NCBI GenBank assembly: GCA_002104905.1
Contig: MCFE01000257.1
Coordinates: 48,326-112,325 of the forward strand
DNA: 64,000 nt
Source: Basidiobolus meristosporus CBS 931.73
Taxonomy: Eukaryota > Fungi > Basidiobolomycota
Reading direction: 5' to 3'
Program-made: the position numbers and the translations under genes
Shown: positions 63,808 through 64,000 of the stretch, piece by piece
Layout of the letters: each line of letters begins with the position of its first letter
Numbering within the stretch: position 1 is the stretch's first letter
Notes under the pieces: generated by a model
Told to the model about the DNA's origin: nothing
The model's database searches: none
What the model saw: the letters and a program-made list of their open reading frames with translations, nothing else

Positions 63808-64000
63808 TTAGGGTTAGGGTTAGGGTTAGGGTTAGGGTTAGGGTTAGGGTTAGGGTTAGGGTTAGGGTTAGGGTTAGGTTAGGGTTAGGGTTAGGGTTAG
63901 GGTTAGGGTTAGGGTTAGGGTTAGGGTTAGGGTTAGGGTTAGGGTTAGGGTTAGGGTTAGGGTTAGGGTTAGGGTTAGGGTTAGGTTAGGGTTAGGGTTA
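63805..64000 (+). repeat. Terminal telomere (TTAGGG)n, about 195 bp to the end of the window
   Basis: Uninterrupted TTAGGG except two TTAGG variants at 63874 and 63981. Confidence 0.99.

Overview
This window is the right-hand end of a eukaryotic, almost certainly fungal, chromosome and ends in about 195 bp of (TTAGGG)n. Short 50-70 bp GT-AG introns and genes such as TPX2, ALDH7, ANKRD13, ECD and copper-only SODs suggest an early-diverging fungus (inference). Layout: (i) 1-7.3 kb, a heap of degenerate Ty1/Copia elements and 349-bp LTRs; (ii) 8-46 kb, a CpG-rich gene block containing two head-to-head inverted paralog pairs (Cu-only SODs, LysP-like permeases) with gene-conversion tracts; (iii) 48-56 kb, a second Copia cluster with one complete, TSD-flanked nested element; (iv) an internal telomere relic at 56.2 kb, then a secreted Gly/Asn-repeat gene; (v) 59.7-63.8 kb, a polarised head-to-tail array of three different retroelements that share one 3' tail (AAUAAA, stem-loop, CCCCCUAA). 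The three are a non-LTR RT element with no endonuclease in this copy, an element carrying only a non-RT (ORF1-like) ORF, and a ~525-nt tRNA-derived SINE whose head carries CCCUAACCC. The array is interleaved with and capped by TTAGGG repeats. This telomere-targeted LINE/ORF1/SINE trio is the most novel-looking system in the window. All identities come from reading the sequence by eye; no searches were run.
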